DNA of 64,000 bases from assembly GCA_946965045.2 (NCBI GenBank), contig OX337237.1:372001-436000 (forward strand). The letters run 5' to 3'. The stretch's first letter is position 1. Every line of letters starts with the position of its first letter. The notes beneath the pieces are model-generated. The model was given only the letters and a program-made list of their open reading frames with translations, had not been told where the DNA came from and did no database searches. Shown piece by piece: positions 32,710-42,347 of the stretch. The stretch is from Epithemia pelagica. Lineage: Eukaryota; Protista; Bacillariophyta. The position numbers and the translations under genes were made by a program.

Positions 32710-33906
32710 TCAAACCGCGAGTTGCTTTGTCGACAGCGCATGTTGCTGCAGGGAGGATTCTTGTTTCAACCAAGACAGGTTGGGTGGAGTAAAGTTGAAA
32801 TACGGGTTATCGTAGTCCACCCGATAATACTCGAGAAGTTGTTGATACAACTTGGGTGTAATGTGCTGGGCCAGTTTGGACGATGCACCCGTCGCATGAT
32901 GCTGACCGGCATGACGTGGTTGGGTGAAGTTGGAGGAATAGGTGGAGTTTGCGGTCGTCGTCATTGTACTGATGCTATGTGTACCATATTGCTCCCATGC
33001 TCCAATGTGACGCAACAATCGTTCGGTATCCTGTTGCATGGTTTCCATGCGTCCAATAAAGTTCACTTGTTGCATGTACTTGTGTGAAATGCGGTGACTT
33101 TGCGGTCTCCAATGTTGGTCGGTGCACTGTTTCATGATGGGAAAGGCGGCTTCCGCGGATTGTTTTAAACGACTCCAACAGGTGGCATTGCCATGACAAC
33201 AGTGGTTGTAAATAAAGTCTTGTGGACCCAATGCCTTGTTGAGATAGGCCGAGACAAAGCGTTCCATGGGATCTCGCACGAAAATGGCCCGTGTCCAGTC
33301 GGGAGACGTCATCATGTGCGTCGCTTGTTGAACCGAATAATGACGCAATAATTTGAGCTGATTCACTGCCTGTGCATGGACGCTGTCTTCTTGATGGGGT
33401 GCATAGGTGCGATTGTAAACCATTCGCATAAAGAGCAAATGCCAATGGGTACATCCGACTTTGGCGGTGCTAAAAAACAAGAGCCTGTATTTTTCAATCA
33501 CAAAGGGTGGATCATGCCATCCCCCCTTGTATTCGCGATCCGAGAGCTCGATACGAAAGGGCGTAAGAGTCTGATTGTGCGTACTCTTGTGGTTCTTGTT
33601 GGAATTCAAAGGCTTGTGGATAGCAGGACTCGTCGTGTTGGCCTTTGGTTCTCTCCTCTCCTCTTCAAATCTGTTCAGAGAACTCGAATTTGTCGTACTC
33701 ACTGGGGTTGTCATGCGAGTGCCGTGCAATGCTTTTTCGCTTTTGTTGGGAAAAAAGTTTTGATAGAGGTAATGGATTTGGACCAGTAAGAGCAAAAGGA
33801 AAACAACTTTGACTGCCCTGCGGAAGGAAGGACCATTGGTGGTCGTTGTTGTGGGAGAGTATGGAGGTAAGAAGGAGGGAAGTGGTGTCCTATTCGCAGT
33901 ACTCAT
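32710..33906 (-). CDS. Sulfotransferase ST3 (Sulfotransfer_2-like, type II membrane), intact, 398 aa
   Basis: N-terminal TM, TAKVGCTHW, FVRDPMERFVSAY, HWRPQ, FIGRMETM; uninterrupted ORF. Confidence 0.9.
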   Translation of the reverse strand: MSTANRTPLPSFLPPYSPTTTTTNGPSFRRAVKVVFLLLLLVQIHYLYQNFFPNKSEKALHGTRMTTPVSTTNSSSLNRFEEERREPKANTTSPAIHKPLNSNKNHKSTHNQTLTPFRIELSDREYKGGWHDPPFVIEKYRLLFFSTAKVGCTHWHLLFMRMVYNRTYAPHQEDSVHAQAVNQLKLLRHYSVQQATHMMTSPDWTRAIFVRDPMERFVSAYLNKALGPQDFIYNHCCHGNATCWSRLKQSAEAAFPIMKQCTDQHWRPQSHRISHKYMQQVNFIGRMETMQQDTERLLRHIGAWEQYGTHSISTMTTTANSTYSSNFTQPRHAGQHHATGASSKLAQHITPKLYQQLLEYYRVDYDNPYFNFTPPNLSWLKQESSLQQHALSTKQLAV

Positions 33907-33979
33907 GTTGTTTGTTGTTGGTTTCTATGGATTCAGTGCCAGGACGATGCACACAACAATGCGCCTCCACAACACAAAT

Positions 33980-36900
33980 GACTTTTTATTTTACAATCTA
34001 TGGTCGATAGGGGGGGGGGACTCCTAAGCGGGCAGGTCGCAAAGGAGTGGGGCGTTATCAGTAAGGTGAACATATTCCTCCATGGGGATGGGGGAATAAA
34101 TTGGTGTCACTGGAGCGAATCCAAGACGGGCTAAGTTTTGGATCTGTGATGTCCTTGTGGTGGTTTTTGCTTTGTGGTTCCGGATGGTGGCCATGTGTGT
34201 ATTGGCATGGGTGGCTAAACTGGAGACGATAGCGTGGCTGAGGGAGAGTTTGGCGAAGTGGCCGAGGGAGTAGACGTTGGCGGCCGGGTAGCAGAATTTG
34301 GTGATGTCTTTGTTGGCGGTGGATATGATCTTGGATGGTGCATGTCGAAGGTGTTGATACAGTGCGAAAGCTGCTGGGTGGGAGAGACTGCGGGAGGCGT
34401 TTCTGCCAAAGTGTGGGTCTTGCCAATCTGGTGGGTGGGCAGTGGAAAAAGGGTGTGGGTTGTTGTCGCTTGAGAACAGCAATGTTTCAGCGAAAGATCC
34501 CAAGGATCCAAGGTGGTCGACGGTAAAAGGAAGAAGATACACGCCGTTGTGGAGGAGGTGTTTGGCTGTCTCTGGGTCCCTGCAGTATTTTGCTCGCGCT
34601 GATTCTTGATGCGTCCTGGATGCATGTGCTGTTAGTTGTTGATGGTCGGACGGGTCAAGGGTGGGCGTTGGCTGCTGCGGTGGGGGGACAGTGACGTCGA
34701 TTGCGAGGTATTGAAATTCATCGTTGTTGTGTGGCTGACTCAGCAATAAACCGACATCAGCGGGCCGGATGTTGCGGTTGTGCATCGGCGCAAGGCCTGG
34801 TGGTTCGACGTGGACATCGTGTGGGGTGTCTACAACCTTGGCAGCGGGGGCCAGATGGCGTAGGACGTCATACAGAGTGTCTCGGATGGCGTTTGACAAA
34901 GCAGTTTTGGATGCTTGACTGCAACCGAAGAGGTGGTCGCCGTGTGGATCGAGTGGCTTGGAGCATTTGCACGATTGAAGGTCGTTGCAAGGGTGGTCGA
35001 AGTGGAGTGGCAAGCGTAGTTTTCTTTTCAGGGCGGTCGTAAAGACTTTGTTGTCGAGGCGGAAATCGGAGGCTGGAAGGGGTACGGAGAAGGGTATACT
35101 CGTGAGGGGAGACAGGACGGACGGAAGGAAGATCCGTTGGTCTGGTTTGGTTGCGCGGAAGATCTTCGGGATCACATGCTCTTTGAGGATATGGTCCATT
35201 TGGCGGTTGTGAGTTGAGCGATCGAAGCATTCGACGGTGAACAACGATTCGTCGGCATATTCGTTGGCGAAAAGTGAGAGTGCTTTGCGGAATTTCGTCA
35301 TTTCTGGGCTGGTGTTGTCCTGCCAGTTTCTGTATGTTTGTTGATGGACAGTCGGGAGGGGGCTGTGTTCGGAATGTGCCATGGCTATGGCCCGTGCCGT
35401 TTGGGTCAAAAATCTTGGATATGCCGCGGCCGCGGCGTTTTGGTATCCTGTGCCGCCCAGTCGTTGGGGCAGGGAAGCGATCAGGGTTGACGGGACAAGG
35501 ACCATGTCGATTGGGGTGGATGTGAGTCGTGCAAGGAATGTAGCAATCAGCCGTTCCATTTTGATTGTTGTTGGGCTGGTCCAGAGTGTGGACGTTGGGC
35601 GCCCGGCCGGGTTGGCCAAGGTGATATCTGCTGGTAGTAAATGCAGAATGGAGGAAACCAGCGAGAAGCGGAAGAGAGTGTGTTTTGTTTGGAGGTCGTG
35701 CAGCTGATGAAGCTTGTCTAATTTGTTTTCCAGTTTTGCGATTTTTGAGGCGATGTATTGTCGGGCGAAATTGGAGGATCCAATTGGTTGGCCAAGGAAT
35801 CGGACGCCGGTTGTGATTTCGGCCTTTTCTGGGGACGTCGGTGAGAGGAATGTCAAAGCTTCTTGCAGTCCTTGTCTTTGGCTGGGTGAGAGCCTGTCGA
35901 TGGGAGATTCACCAGTTGTGGAGGTGAGTATGTTTGTTTTGTTGTGGTTGAGGATGATGCCAAGCGGTGTCCCTAACTCTTGGAATCTCTGCAGAAACCA
36001 GGGGAGGTCGGCATGGGGGAGACATACGGAGGTGTCGTCCATGATTGACGCCGTGTGTGCTAATCCGCCCATTCCGTCGTCGTATGGAATGTCTTGTTGT
36101 TTGCGTTTTGCCGCTCGTTGTGCCTGTTCTTTGTTGATTTTGTTTGTCAGGGCCAGTAGGACCAGACAAGAGAAAAGCGGGCTGAGTGGGCAGCCCTGTG
36201 GGAACCCTTCCTCTTGCCATAGGTGTTGTGGCTTTTTGTTTTCATCGAAGTACCATGATTTGCATGGTTTCGAAGTGAGGAGGTCGAAGATTGGGACCAG
36301 TGGTTTCGTGGCGTCGTCGCACAGCAATATACGTCTCGCTTCTGTCCGGGAGACATTGTTAAACATGTTGGTAAGGTCTAACAACAATAAACTTCTGGTT
36401 GGTGGTTGGTTGCTGGTGGTGTCCTTGGTGTCGTTTTGGCGGGTGATGAATTGGCGAACCGCGGCGGCTGTGGTCTGGGCGACGACGTCGACGCCGCCGG
36501 GAATTTGTATTCCATACTGTCCCCCTTTTAGGAGGATGGGGGATATGTGTTCTGTGACGTGGACTAGTGCCGTTTTTGCGGCGACTCTGCGGATTGCTGT
36601 CCCGATCCCGATGGGACGGAGCTTCTCCAGGTTGGACAGGTCCTTGTGAAGGGCCAGAAAGTAGTTGCTTGCCAACAGGGTTTGTATCGATGGCGGGACT
36701 TGAGCCGTTACCACGAGCTGGAGGAGCGATTTGATCTTGCCAAAGTATGGTCTGGTGGAATTGGCTGCTTTGGTTGTACGGTGGAGAGCCATGGAGACGA
36801 TTGCGTCTATGCAGTTGGCGAATGGGCCGGAGGCCGTGCCCGGTTTCATTTGGCGGAGGGCTAGCTCGAAGTTGCTGTCTTCCAGTCTGAGGTATTGGTT

Positions 36901-37857
36901 GGCCGGTGGAGGATCTCCCGTTTGTCCTTGTGCTCGTGTGCTTGGTGGTGGTTGTCGACGGGGGGGAAACAGTTCGTCTTTGCATCGTTGAATTCTGGGT
37001 GGTGTAAGGGTCGCCGTGGGCGTATTTGTGGTCAGCCTTTGGAAGGCTGCTCTGTAATTTCCAAGGTCTGCCGCTTGTTGTGCTGACCGGAGCCTCCACG
37101 TTGGCAGTTTGTTGTCTGTTTGGTGTTGCTGTTGTCGGCGTTGTTGTTGTTGTTTGGATTTGGTGCTTTGGTGGCGGTGGTGCGTCGGTGGGAGGGGGGT
37201 TGGGTTCCATGTCGTTTGGTGGAGTTCTTCGATCCTTCCTTGTTTGAACATGGACAGCCTTGCCTTGAAGGCGTTGGAGTAAGTAAGGTGGACCGTCCCC
37301 TTGATGGGGGCCAGGAGCATGGGCTCCAGCATCAGGAGGAGTTTCCAGAAGGGACTTGAATCACACTCGTGTTGTGGTGGTCTGTCGTCCCGTATGATGG
37401 CGGGCGACATGATGGGTGATGCATCGATGATCCAAGAGACGACGGTGTTGTAGACGTTGTAGAATTCGGCTCTTATTGGTTGCTTGAGTTTGTGCCAAGT
37501 TGTCCTTCGGAACGGTGGTGGTGTCAATTCGAGGTTGAACAGGTACGAGAGGCTGGTTTTCCAGTTTGCTTCGTTTTCTGGGGTTGTGTGTCTGTAGATG
37601 TTTGCTACTAGTTTGCTGTTTGTTTCGACTCTACTATGTTTTTTTGTTATGTGCTGTTTCAGGTGGCTTTGGCAGGTGAAGATCGCCGTTGGTGTGTCGC
37701 ATGTTTGGCAGAGGTGGAAACCGTGTCGTTGGCAATAGTTGGGTGTCATGTAGGTTGTCGGCGTTGTGTCGCCATGTTCGGTGATGAGATGCTCCTTGAT
37801 GGATGCATGTGGTCGTTGGCAGTTGGTTGGCACCTTCCACGGACAGTCGGGAACCGG
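33980..37857 (-). mobile_element. Non-LTR retrotransposon, CRE-like clade (RT plus restriction-like endonuclease), 5'-truncated
   Basis: The host sequence AACACAAAT|CATCGAGA (contiguous upstream of ST5) is split at 33979/37858. The 3' end is A-rich (GTAAAATAAAAAGT) and the ORF is open up to the 5' junction. Confidence 0.85.
34024..37857 (-). CDS. RT-RLE ORF of the CRE-like element (no start codon at the truncated 5' end)
   Basis: N-terminal C2H2-like fingers; RT motifs KLRPIGIG, LDLTNMFN, GFPQGCPLSP, IMDD, FLG; CCHC CKC..LDPHGDHLFGC; RLE RPADV...LAIDVTV. Confidence 0.9.
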   Translation of the reverse strand, partial: PVPDCPWKVPTNCQRPHASIKEHLITEHGDTTPTTYMTPNYCQRHGFHLCQTCDTPTAIFTCQSHLKQHITKKHSRVETNSKLVANIYRHTTPENEANWKTSLSYLFNLELTPPPFRRTTWHKLKQPIRAEFYNVYNTVVSWIIDASPIMSPAIIRDDRPPQHECDSSPFWKLLLMLEPMLLAPIKGTVHLTYSNAFKARLSMFKQGRIEELHQTTWNPTPLPPTHHRHQSTKSKQQQQRRQQQHQTDNKLPTWRLRSAQQAADLGNYRAAFQRLTTNTPTATLTPPRIQRCKDELFPPRRQPPPSTRAQGQTGDPPPANQYLRLEDSNFELALRQMKPGTASGPFANCIDAIVSMALHRTTKAANSTRPYFGKIKSLLQLVVTAQVPPSIQTLLASNYFLALHKDLSNLEKLRPIGIGTAIRRVAAKTALVHVTEHISPILLKGGQYGIQIPGGVDVVAQTTAAAVRQFITRQNDTKDTTSNQPPTRSLLLLDLTNMFNNVSRTEARRILLCDDATKPLVPIFDLLTSKPCKSWYFDENKKPQHLWQEEGFPQGCPLSPLFSCLVLLALTNKINKEQAQRAAKRKQQDIPYDDGMGGLAHTASIMDDTSVCLPHADLPWFLQRFQELGTPLGIILNHNKTNILTSTTGESPIDRLSPSQRQGLQEALTFLSPTSPEKAEITTGVRFLGQPIGSSNFARQYIASKIAKLENKLDKLHQLHDLQTKHTLFRFSLVSSILHLLPADITLANPAGRPTSTLWTSPTTIKMERLIATFLARLTSTPIDMVLVPSTLIASLPQRLGGTGYQNAAAAAYPRFLTQTARAIAMAHSEHSPLPTVHQQTYRNWQDNTSPEMTKFRKALSLFANEYADESLFTVECFDRSTHNRQMDHILKEHVIPKIFRATKPDQRIFLPSVLSPLTSIPFSVPLPASDFRLDNKVFTTALKRKLRLPLHFDHPCNDLQSCKCSKPLDPHGDHLFGCSQASKTALSNAIRDTLYDVLRHLAPAAKVVDTPHDVHVEPPGLAPMHNRNIRPADVGLLLSQPHNNDEFQYLAIDVTVPPPQQPTPTLDPSDHQQLTAHASRTHQESARAKYCRDPETAKHLLHNGVYLLPFTVDHLGSLGSFAETLLFSSDNNPHPFSTAHPPDWQDPHFGRNASRSLSHPAAFALYQHLRHAPSKIISTANKDITKFCYPAANVYSLGHFAKLSLSHAIVSSLATHANTHMATIRNHKAKTTTRTSQIQNLARLGFAPVTPIYSPIPMEEYVHLTDNAPLLCDLPA

Positions 37858-37873
37858 ATCATCGAGAGAAGTA

Positions 37874-38340
37874 CCGTAAATGTTGGGTCTATTGCACCAT
37901 CCGTTGATTGACCGGATGCTTTTTACTATAGGCCCAAGTAGTAGGCCTCAACGGATTGGTGGTTAATTTTTTGAATCTATAATAGAATAATTCCAGAACT
38001 TGCTTGAAAGAATAACTCAAGAACACTATTGAATTGACCGATGGTGAGACCATCATTCGAAAGAGCTCGTCACGCGCTTTCCGAATCACTGCGTTTCATT
38101 AAGATCGGACGTACCCTTCTAATGTTATATAAGGTCGAAATGTATGCAGTCAGTTCGTGAAAGATAAGGATTTTTTGGCATGGTCTCTCCCCCCACGCTC
38201 TCCACTACAACTGTGATTTCTTCTTTATGGGCTCTGTTGGAGGGAAGGGCGGGCGAATTTCTGGCAGACAGGCTCCTTTAGCAGTTAAATCATGCGTTTG
38301 GTGCTATAAAGCAATGGTGCAATAGACCCAACATTTACGG
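37874..38340. mobile_element. MITE/non-autonomous Tc1-mariner(pogo)-like element, 467 bp
   Basis: Perfect inverted repeat TACCGTAAATGTTGGGTCTATTGCACCAT at 37872-37900 and 38314-38342, i.e. 27-bp TIRs plus a TA target duplication. Removing it restores the host motif GAGAAGTAG. Confidence 0.88.
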
Positions 38341-39279
38341 TAGGGAAGTGTTGTCTGTCGTGGAGGCGATATTTTTCCGCTAGTTGGACCGTCGGTTGGA
38401 CAGGGCTCGCGTGAATTGGCGAGTAAAACCGTCTTCGAGTGCGAGCAATCGTCCAAGCGGCAAGCCTTCTCTCCATCCAACATCCAACAGCTCAAATCTC
38501 CAACTCCTACGTCCTCGAAACTGTTTCCAAAGATCACGACATTGTGTCCTTGCAAGAAATGTTCCCAATTCTATGACACTCTTGCTTGTTTTTGCAGTGT
38601 GATATTTTTTGTTGCGATCCTAGATGGTCCAACGATGAAGAGGAATCTCACGAGAGCGCTACTATTTTACACATTATGGTTCGTGGTGGTGCGGATTGCG
38701 ACTCCACACAAAAAAACAGAATTCTTCCACGAACGACTAGTCGTCTTGTGTGTGTGTCCAACAAGGGTAGTCCCTGCACATCATGGGACACCAGGAATGT
38801 TTGGACGACACCCGCCAACAGAATACCTACTACTACTACCTAGGTAGTCGAAGGAGAGTGTTGTGTCAAAGGGAATATTATACCACGGTCGACCTTTTCT
38901 CCTTGTCTAGAACACGCATTGTTGTTGTTGTTTTCAGTGTCGTTGTTATCCTCCTCATAGTATGATGGGATCCAATCATAGGTCGTCCTCGTCGTTGTTG
39001 GAACCTACCTATAATCCAATCACAGAAATTTTCGTTATACTGGATGCCTCGCATACTCATTACTGCCGTTCGAGCTACGGACCAGGGGTAAAAACCGATA
39101 CCAAACTACCTAGGCAGACTACGTTGTTGGAACAAAGGCAATTGTTCGTTCCGCATGGACTTTTCCACCGCCATGGATACATTTGTACTAACAAATTTAT
39201 TTCTCCGTGTGCGTTCGAATTGCCATGTGGGTGTGTGGGTGTGTGGGTGTGTTTGTTTCCGGCGACTCCAACAATGTCG

Positions 39280-40527
39280 CTACAGTGACACCGCCACTTG
39301 GTTTGTCAACGGCGGCGGAAGCTGGGAGGATGATTGTTCCACCCATGACAGGTTGGGTGGAGTAAAGTTGAAATACGGATTTACGTAATCGACCCGATAA
39401 TAGTCGAAGAGTTCTTGGTACAACTTGGGAGTAATGTGCTGGGCCAGTTTGGACGGCGCACCCGTTGCATGATTCTGACCGGCACGACGTGCTGGTTGGG
39501 TGCCGGTGATGGAGGAATTGGTGGTGCTTATCGTCGTCGTCGTAATAGGCCTGGTGCCATGTGTCCCATATTGTTCCCAGGCTCCAATCTGTCGCAACAA
39601 TCGTTCGGTATCTTGTTCCATGGTTTCCATGCGTCCCACAAAATTCACTTGTTGCATGTACTTGTGCGAAATGCGGCGACTTTGCGGTTTCCAATGAACG
39701 TCATTACACTGTTTCATGACGGGAAAGGCGGCTTCCGCTGATTGTTTCAAACGCCTCCGACAGGTGACCCTGTGTTTACCACAGCAATGTCTCTGAACAT
39801 AGTCGTCCGGGCCCAAAGCCTTGTCCAAGTACGCCGACACAAAGCGTTCCAAGGGGTCGCGCAAGAAAATGGCCCGCGTCCAGTCGGGAGACGTCATCAT
39901 GTGCGTCGCTTCTTGGACCGAATAGTGACGCAATAATTTGAGTTGGCTCACGGCATGTTCATGGACGCGACCTTCTTGATGAGATGCATACGTGCGATTG
40001 TAAATCAGGCGCATAAAGAGCAAATGCCAATGAGTACATCCGACTTTGGCGGTGCTAAAAAACACAAGTTTGTATTTTTCAATCACAAAGGGTGGATCAT
40101 GCCATCCCCCCTTGTATTCGGGATCCGAGAGCTCGATACGAAAGGCTGTGAGAGTCTGGTTGTGTCTGTTCTTGTGGTTCTTGTTGGAATTCAGAGGATT
40201 GTTGATAACAGGACTCGTCGTGTTGGCCTTTGGTTCTCTCCTCTCCTCTTCAAATCTGACATAACTTTGATTGATATAGTTCCATACAAGAGAACTCGAA
40301 TTTGTCGTATCGGTTGCTGTTGTCATGCGAGAGCCGTGCAATGCTTCCTCGCTGTTGTTGCGGAAAAATGTTTGGTGAAGGTACCAGGTTTGGACCAGTA
40401 ACAGCAAAAGGAGGACAACTTGGACCACCCTGCGGAAGGAAGGACCATTGGTGGTCGTGGTCCTCGTCGTTGTGCTGGAGGATGGAGGTGAGAACGAGGG
40501 AAGTGAAGTCCGATTCGTATTACTCAT
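39280..40527 (-). CDS. Sulfotransferase ST4, intact, 415 aa
   Basis: ATG at 40527 by alignment with paralogs; all PAPS-binding motifs present; very close to ST1. Confidence 0.9.
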   Translation of the reverse strand: MSNTNRTSLPSFSPPSSSTTTRTTTTNGPSFRRVVQVVLLLLLLVQTWYLHQTFFRNNSEEALHGSRMTTATDTTNSSSLVWNYINQSYVRFEEERREPKANTTSPVINNPLNSNKNHKNRHNQTLTAFRIELSDPEYKGGWHDPPFVIEKYKLVFFSTAKVGCTHWHLLFMRLIYNRTYASHQEGRVHEHAVSQLKLLRHYSVQEATHMMTSPDWTRAIFLRDPLERFVSAYLDKALGPDDYVQRHCCGKHRVTCRRRLKQSAEAAFPVMKQCNDVHWKPQSRRISHKYMQQVNFVGRMETMEQDTERLLRQIGAWEQYGTHGTRPITTTTISTTNSSITGTQPARRAGQNHATGAPSKLAQHITPKLYQELFDYYRVDYVNPYFNFTPPNLSWVEQSSSQLPPPLTNQVAVSL

Positions 40528-40795
40528 AGTAGTATTTGATGCTGGGAAAGCCGGATTGTGCCGCAGAACTCTCCATCCGAAACATTGGGCCAAGCATCCA
40601 AAGGATCGCAACGAGGAGAGAAGATATATTAGGGGAAGAAAGGTGTCATGTTTTTTTTGCCACTTTTTTCGGCAATTGGACCGTTGGACAGACAGGCGCG
40701 ATGCTCGCGTGATTTTGCAAGAACCGTCTGCGACTGCGGGTGCGAGTCGTCTCGACAATGGTGAGTTCGTTCACTCTCATCAATCTGGTCGAGGG

Positions 40796-41553
40796 TGTTA
40801 GGATTCTCACCGAAAACTAGGTGGTGAAACCTACAACTCATCGAATGATGCTAGTATTTTATGGCATCCGATGACATTTTCCTAAAAGTGAGAAAAGAAT
40901 GTCGGCATGCTCGCGAAACTATAAATTTGGCCACGGCATGCTCGCAGTGCACGCGTTATCGGCGACCGCTCGGATATTAACTATGGCCCAACACGTGCGC
41001 GCCCAAAACTATCAAGTGCGCGCCTCTACTATCCGAGTACGCGCATCCACGATTCGACCTAACGGTCTATGTAATCAAAGCACGAATCACGATCACGCGA
41101 GACCATATCTCTGTTCCCACAAATCCAAGAATGCAAACAGCAACGCGCCCAGGACAAGACTTATACCACGACAAAGCAAGAGCTGTTGCATCCCATACAT
41201 GTTATCCATCACCCCATACATTCAATACACACCAATGCCGGTCTACTCCAACCAGTGAGGACCTATCACACCAGATCCATGGCCGTATATAAGAGCCAGG
41301 ACTTCGGCACCATCAACCACCTTAGTTAGTAATCGTCGCACAATCATTAATATCACCATTTTAACACTCATCTTAAGACTTACCTCTTATCAGTGGACCG
41401 ACTGCCCCCACCCACGGCGGACTTCGACTTGCAACTCTTCTCTGACCCGTGGAGGATTGTTGTATCGGTTGGTGATTCGATTGTCGGCTCAGCGAGCCTT
41501 TTACCTATCCTAACTATCTGTCTAACCCCTGTTGAATCGAGAGAAGTTGATCA
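40796..41553 (+). repeat. 5' LTR of B
   Basis: 758 bp; I counted 3 mismatches to the 3' LTR by eye. Confidence 0.96.
41286..41293 (+). promoter_or_regulatory. Candidate TATA box in the B LTR (TATATAAG)
   Basis: Position is plausible for the U3/R boundary; both C LTRs read TATACAAG here. Confidence 0.35.
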
Positions 41554-41567
41554 GATTAACAGTCTCA
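41554..41567 (+). other. Primer-binding site of B (GATTAACAGTCTCA)
   Basis: Abuts the 5' LTR; identical in A and C. Confidence 0.82.
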
Positions 41568-41591
41568 TCGTTTATTTCCGAGAAGCTTTCG

Positions 41592-42347
41592 ATGTCTCAC
41601 GACGATTCCAACCTCTCTATTCGACACATCTTTCATTCCTTCCAACAAAGCGGGGAGGAACTCCATCCACCCGTGTCCCATCCGGGCGAGCCCTTGGTTG
41701 AAACTCCGAAACAGACCCCGACTCAGGCCAGTGCTCCGAATCCCTTCCAGACCCCGGACCAAGTGGTCCAGCCTCCTTCGATCCCGACTCAACCTTCGAC
41801 TCCGCCTCGCCGTTTGAACCCTACTCGCACCCGACGTACGAGCCGTCTTCTTACTGCGCATATCCGACACTTCCGCGAGCCGACTGAGTCGACTACCGAC
41901 CCCGACGTGATCCGTTCCACAACCGAACGCGAGATCGATTTCCAGTCCGTCCAACCCGTGACTGACCTTGAGGACATCCAACGACTTCTCGACCTCTTGA
42001 ACCAGTGCTCGAGACGCCGTTTCATTGTCCAAGCCCTGTTGGGCAACCCTGTGGAACCCATCCGTATTCGATTCATCTCCTTTGAACGTCCAACCAACTA
42101 CTTCCACACCATCTGGATCGTCAACTCGACGACGAATCCGCTACCTACCCCGACTACTCGTCTCGACGAGTACGTCTCCTTTGTTCACGAGATCCATCTC
42201 TGCCAGGATTTCCGTGCGACTACCTACCCTCTCTTCACTCAACACGTGAACCACTTGTTGGAAGACGACGACGTTGAAGAACTAGCCACTACAGTGACCG
42301 ATTCCGCATCTCGTCTTCAGTACCGAGCCGAAAGTGACCAAGAATAA
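41592..42347 (+). CDS. Accessory ORF0 of B, intact, 251 aa, unknown function
   Basis: ATG at 41592 (MSHDDS). Pro-rich N-terminal half, a ~145-aa core conserved with ORF0 of A, and an acidic tail. Confidence 0.75.
   Translation: MSHDDSNLSIRHIFHSFQQSGEELHPPVSHPGEPLVETPKQTPTQASAPNPFQTPDQVVQPPSIPTQPSTPPRRLNPTRTRRTSRLLTAHIRHFREPTESTTDPDVIRSTTEREIDFQSVQPVTDLEDIQRLLDLLNQCSRRRFIVQALLGNPVEPIRIRFISFERPTNYFHTIWIVNSTTNPLPTPTTRLDEYVSFVHEIHLCQDFRATTYPLFTQHVNHLLEDDDVEELATTVTDSASRLQYRAESDQE

Noticed and set aside
40899-41258. 119-aa ORF MSACSRNYKF... repeated four times (also 48035, 52187, 59601)
   Set aside because: It lies inside the LTRs, so the repetition just reflects LTR identity. The frame is not kept as an equivalent ORF in A's homologous LTR.
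41565-42107. 180-aa antisense ORF over ORF0, and similar antisense ORFs over gag-pol, RepHel and ST genes
   Set aside because: Shadow frames of real coding sequence with no motifs; conservation between A and B follows the sense frame.
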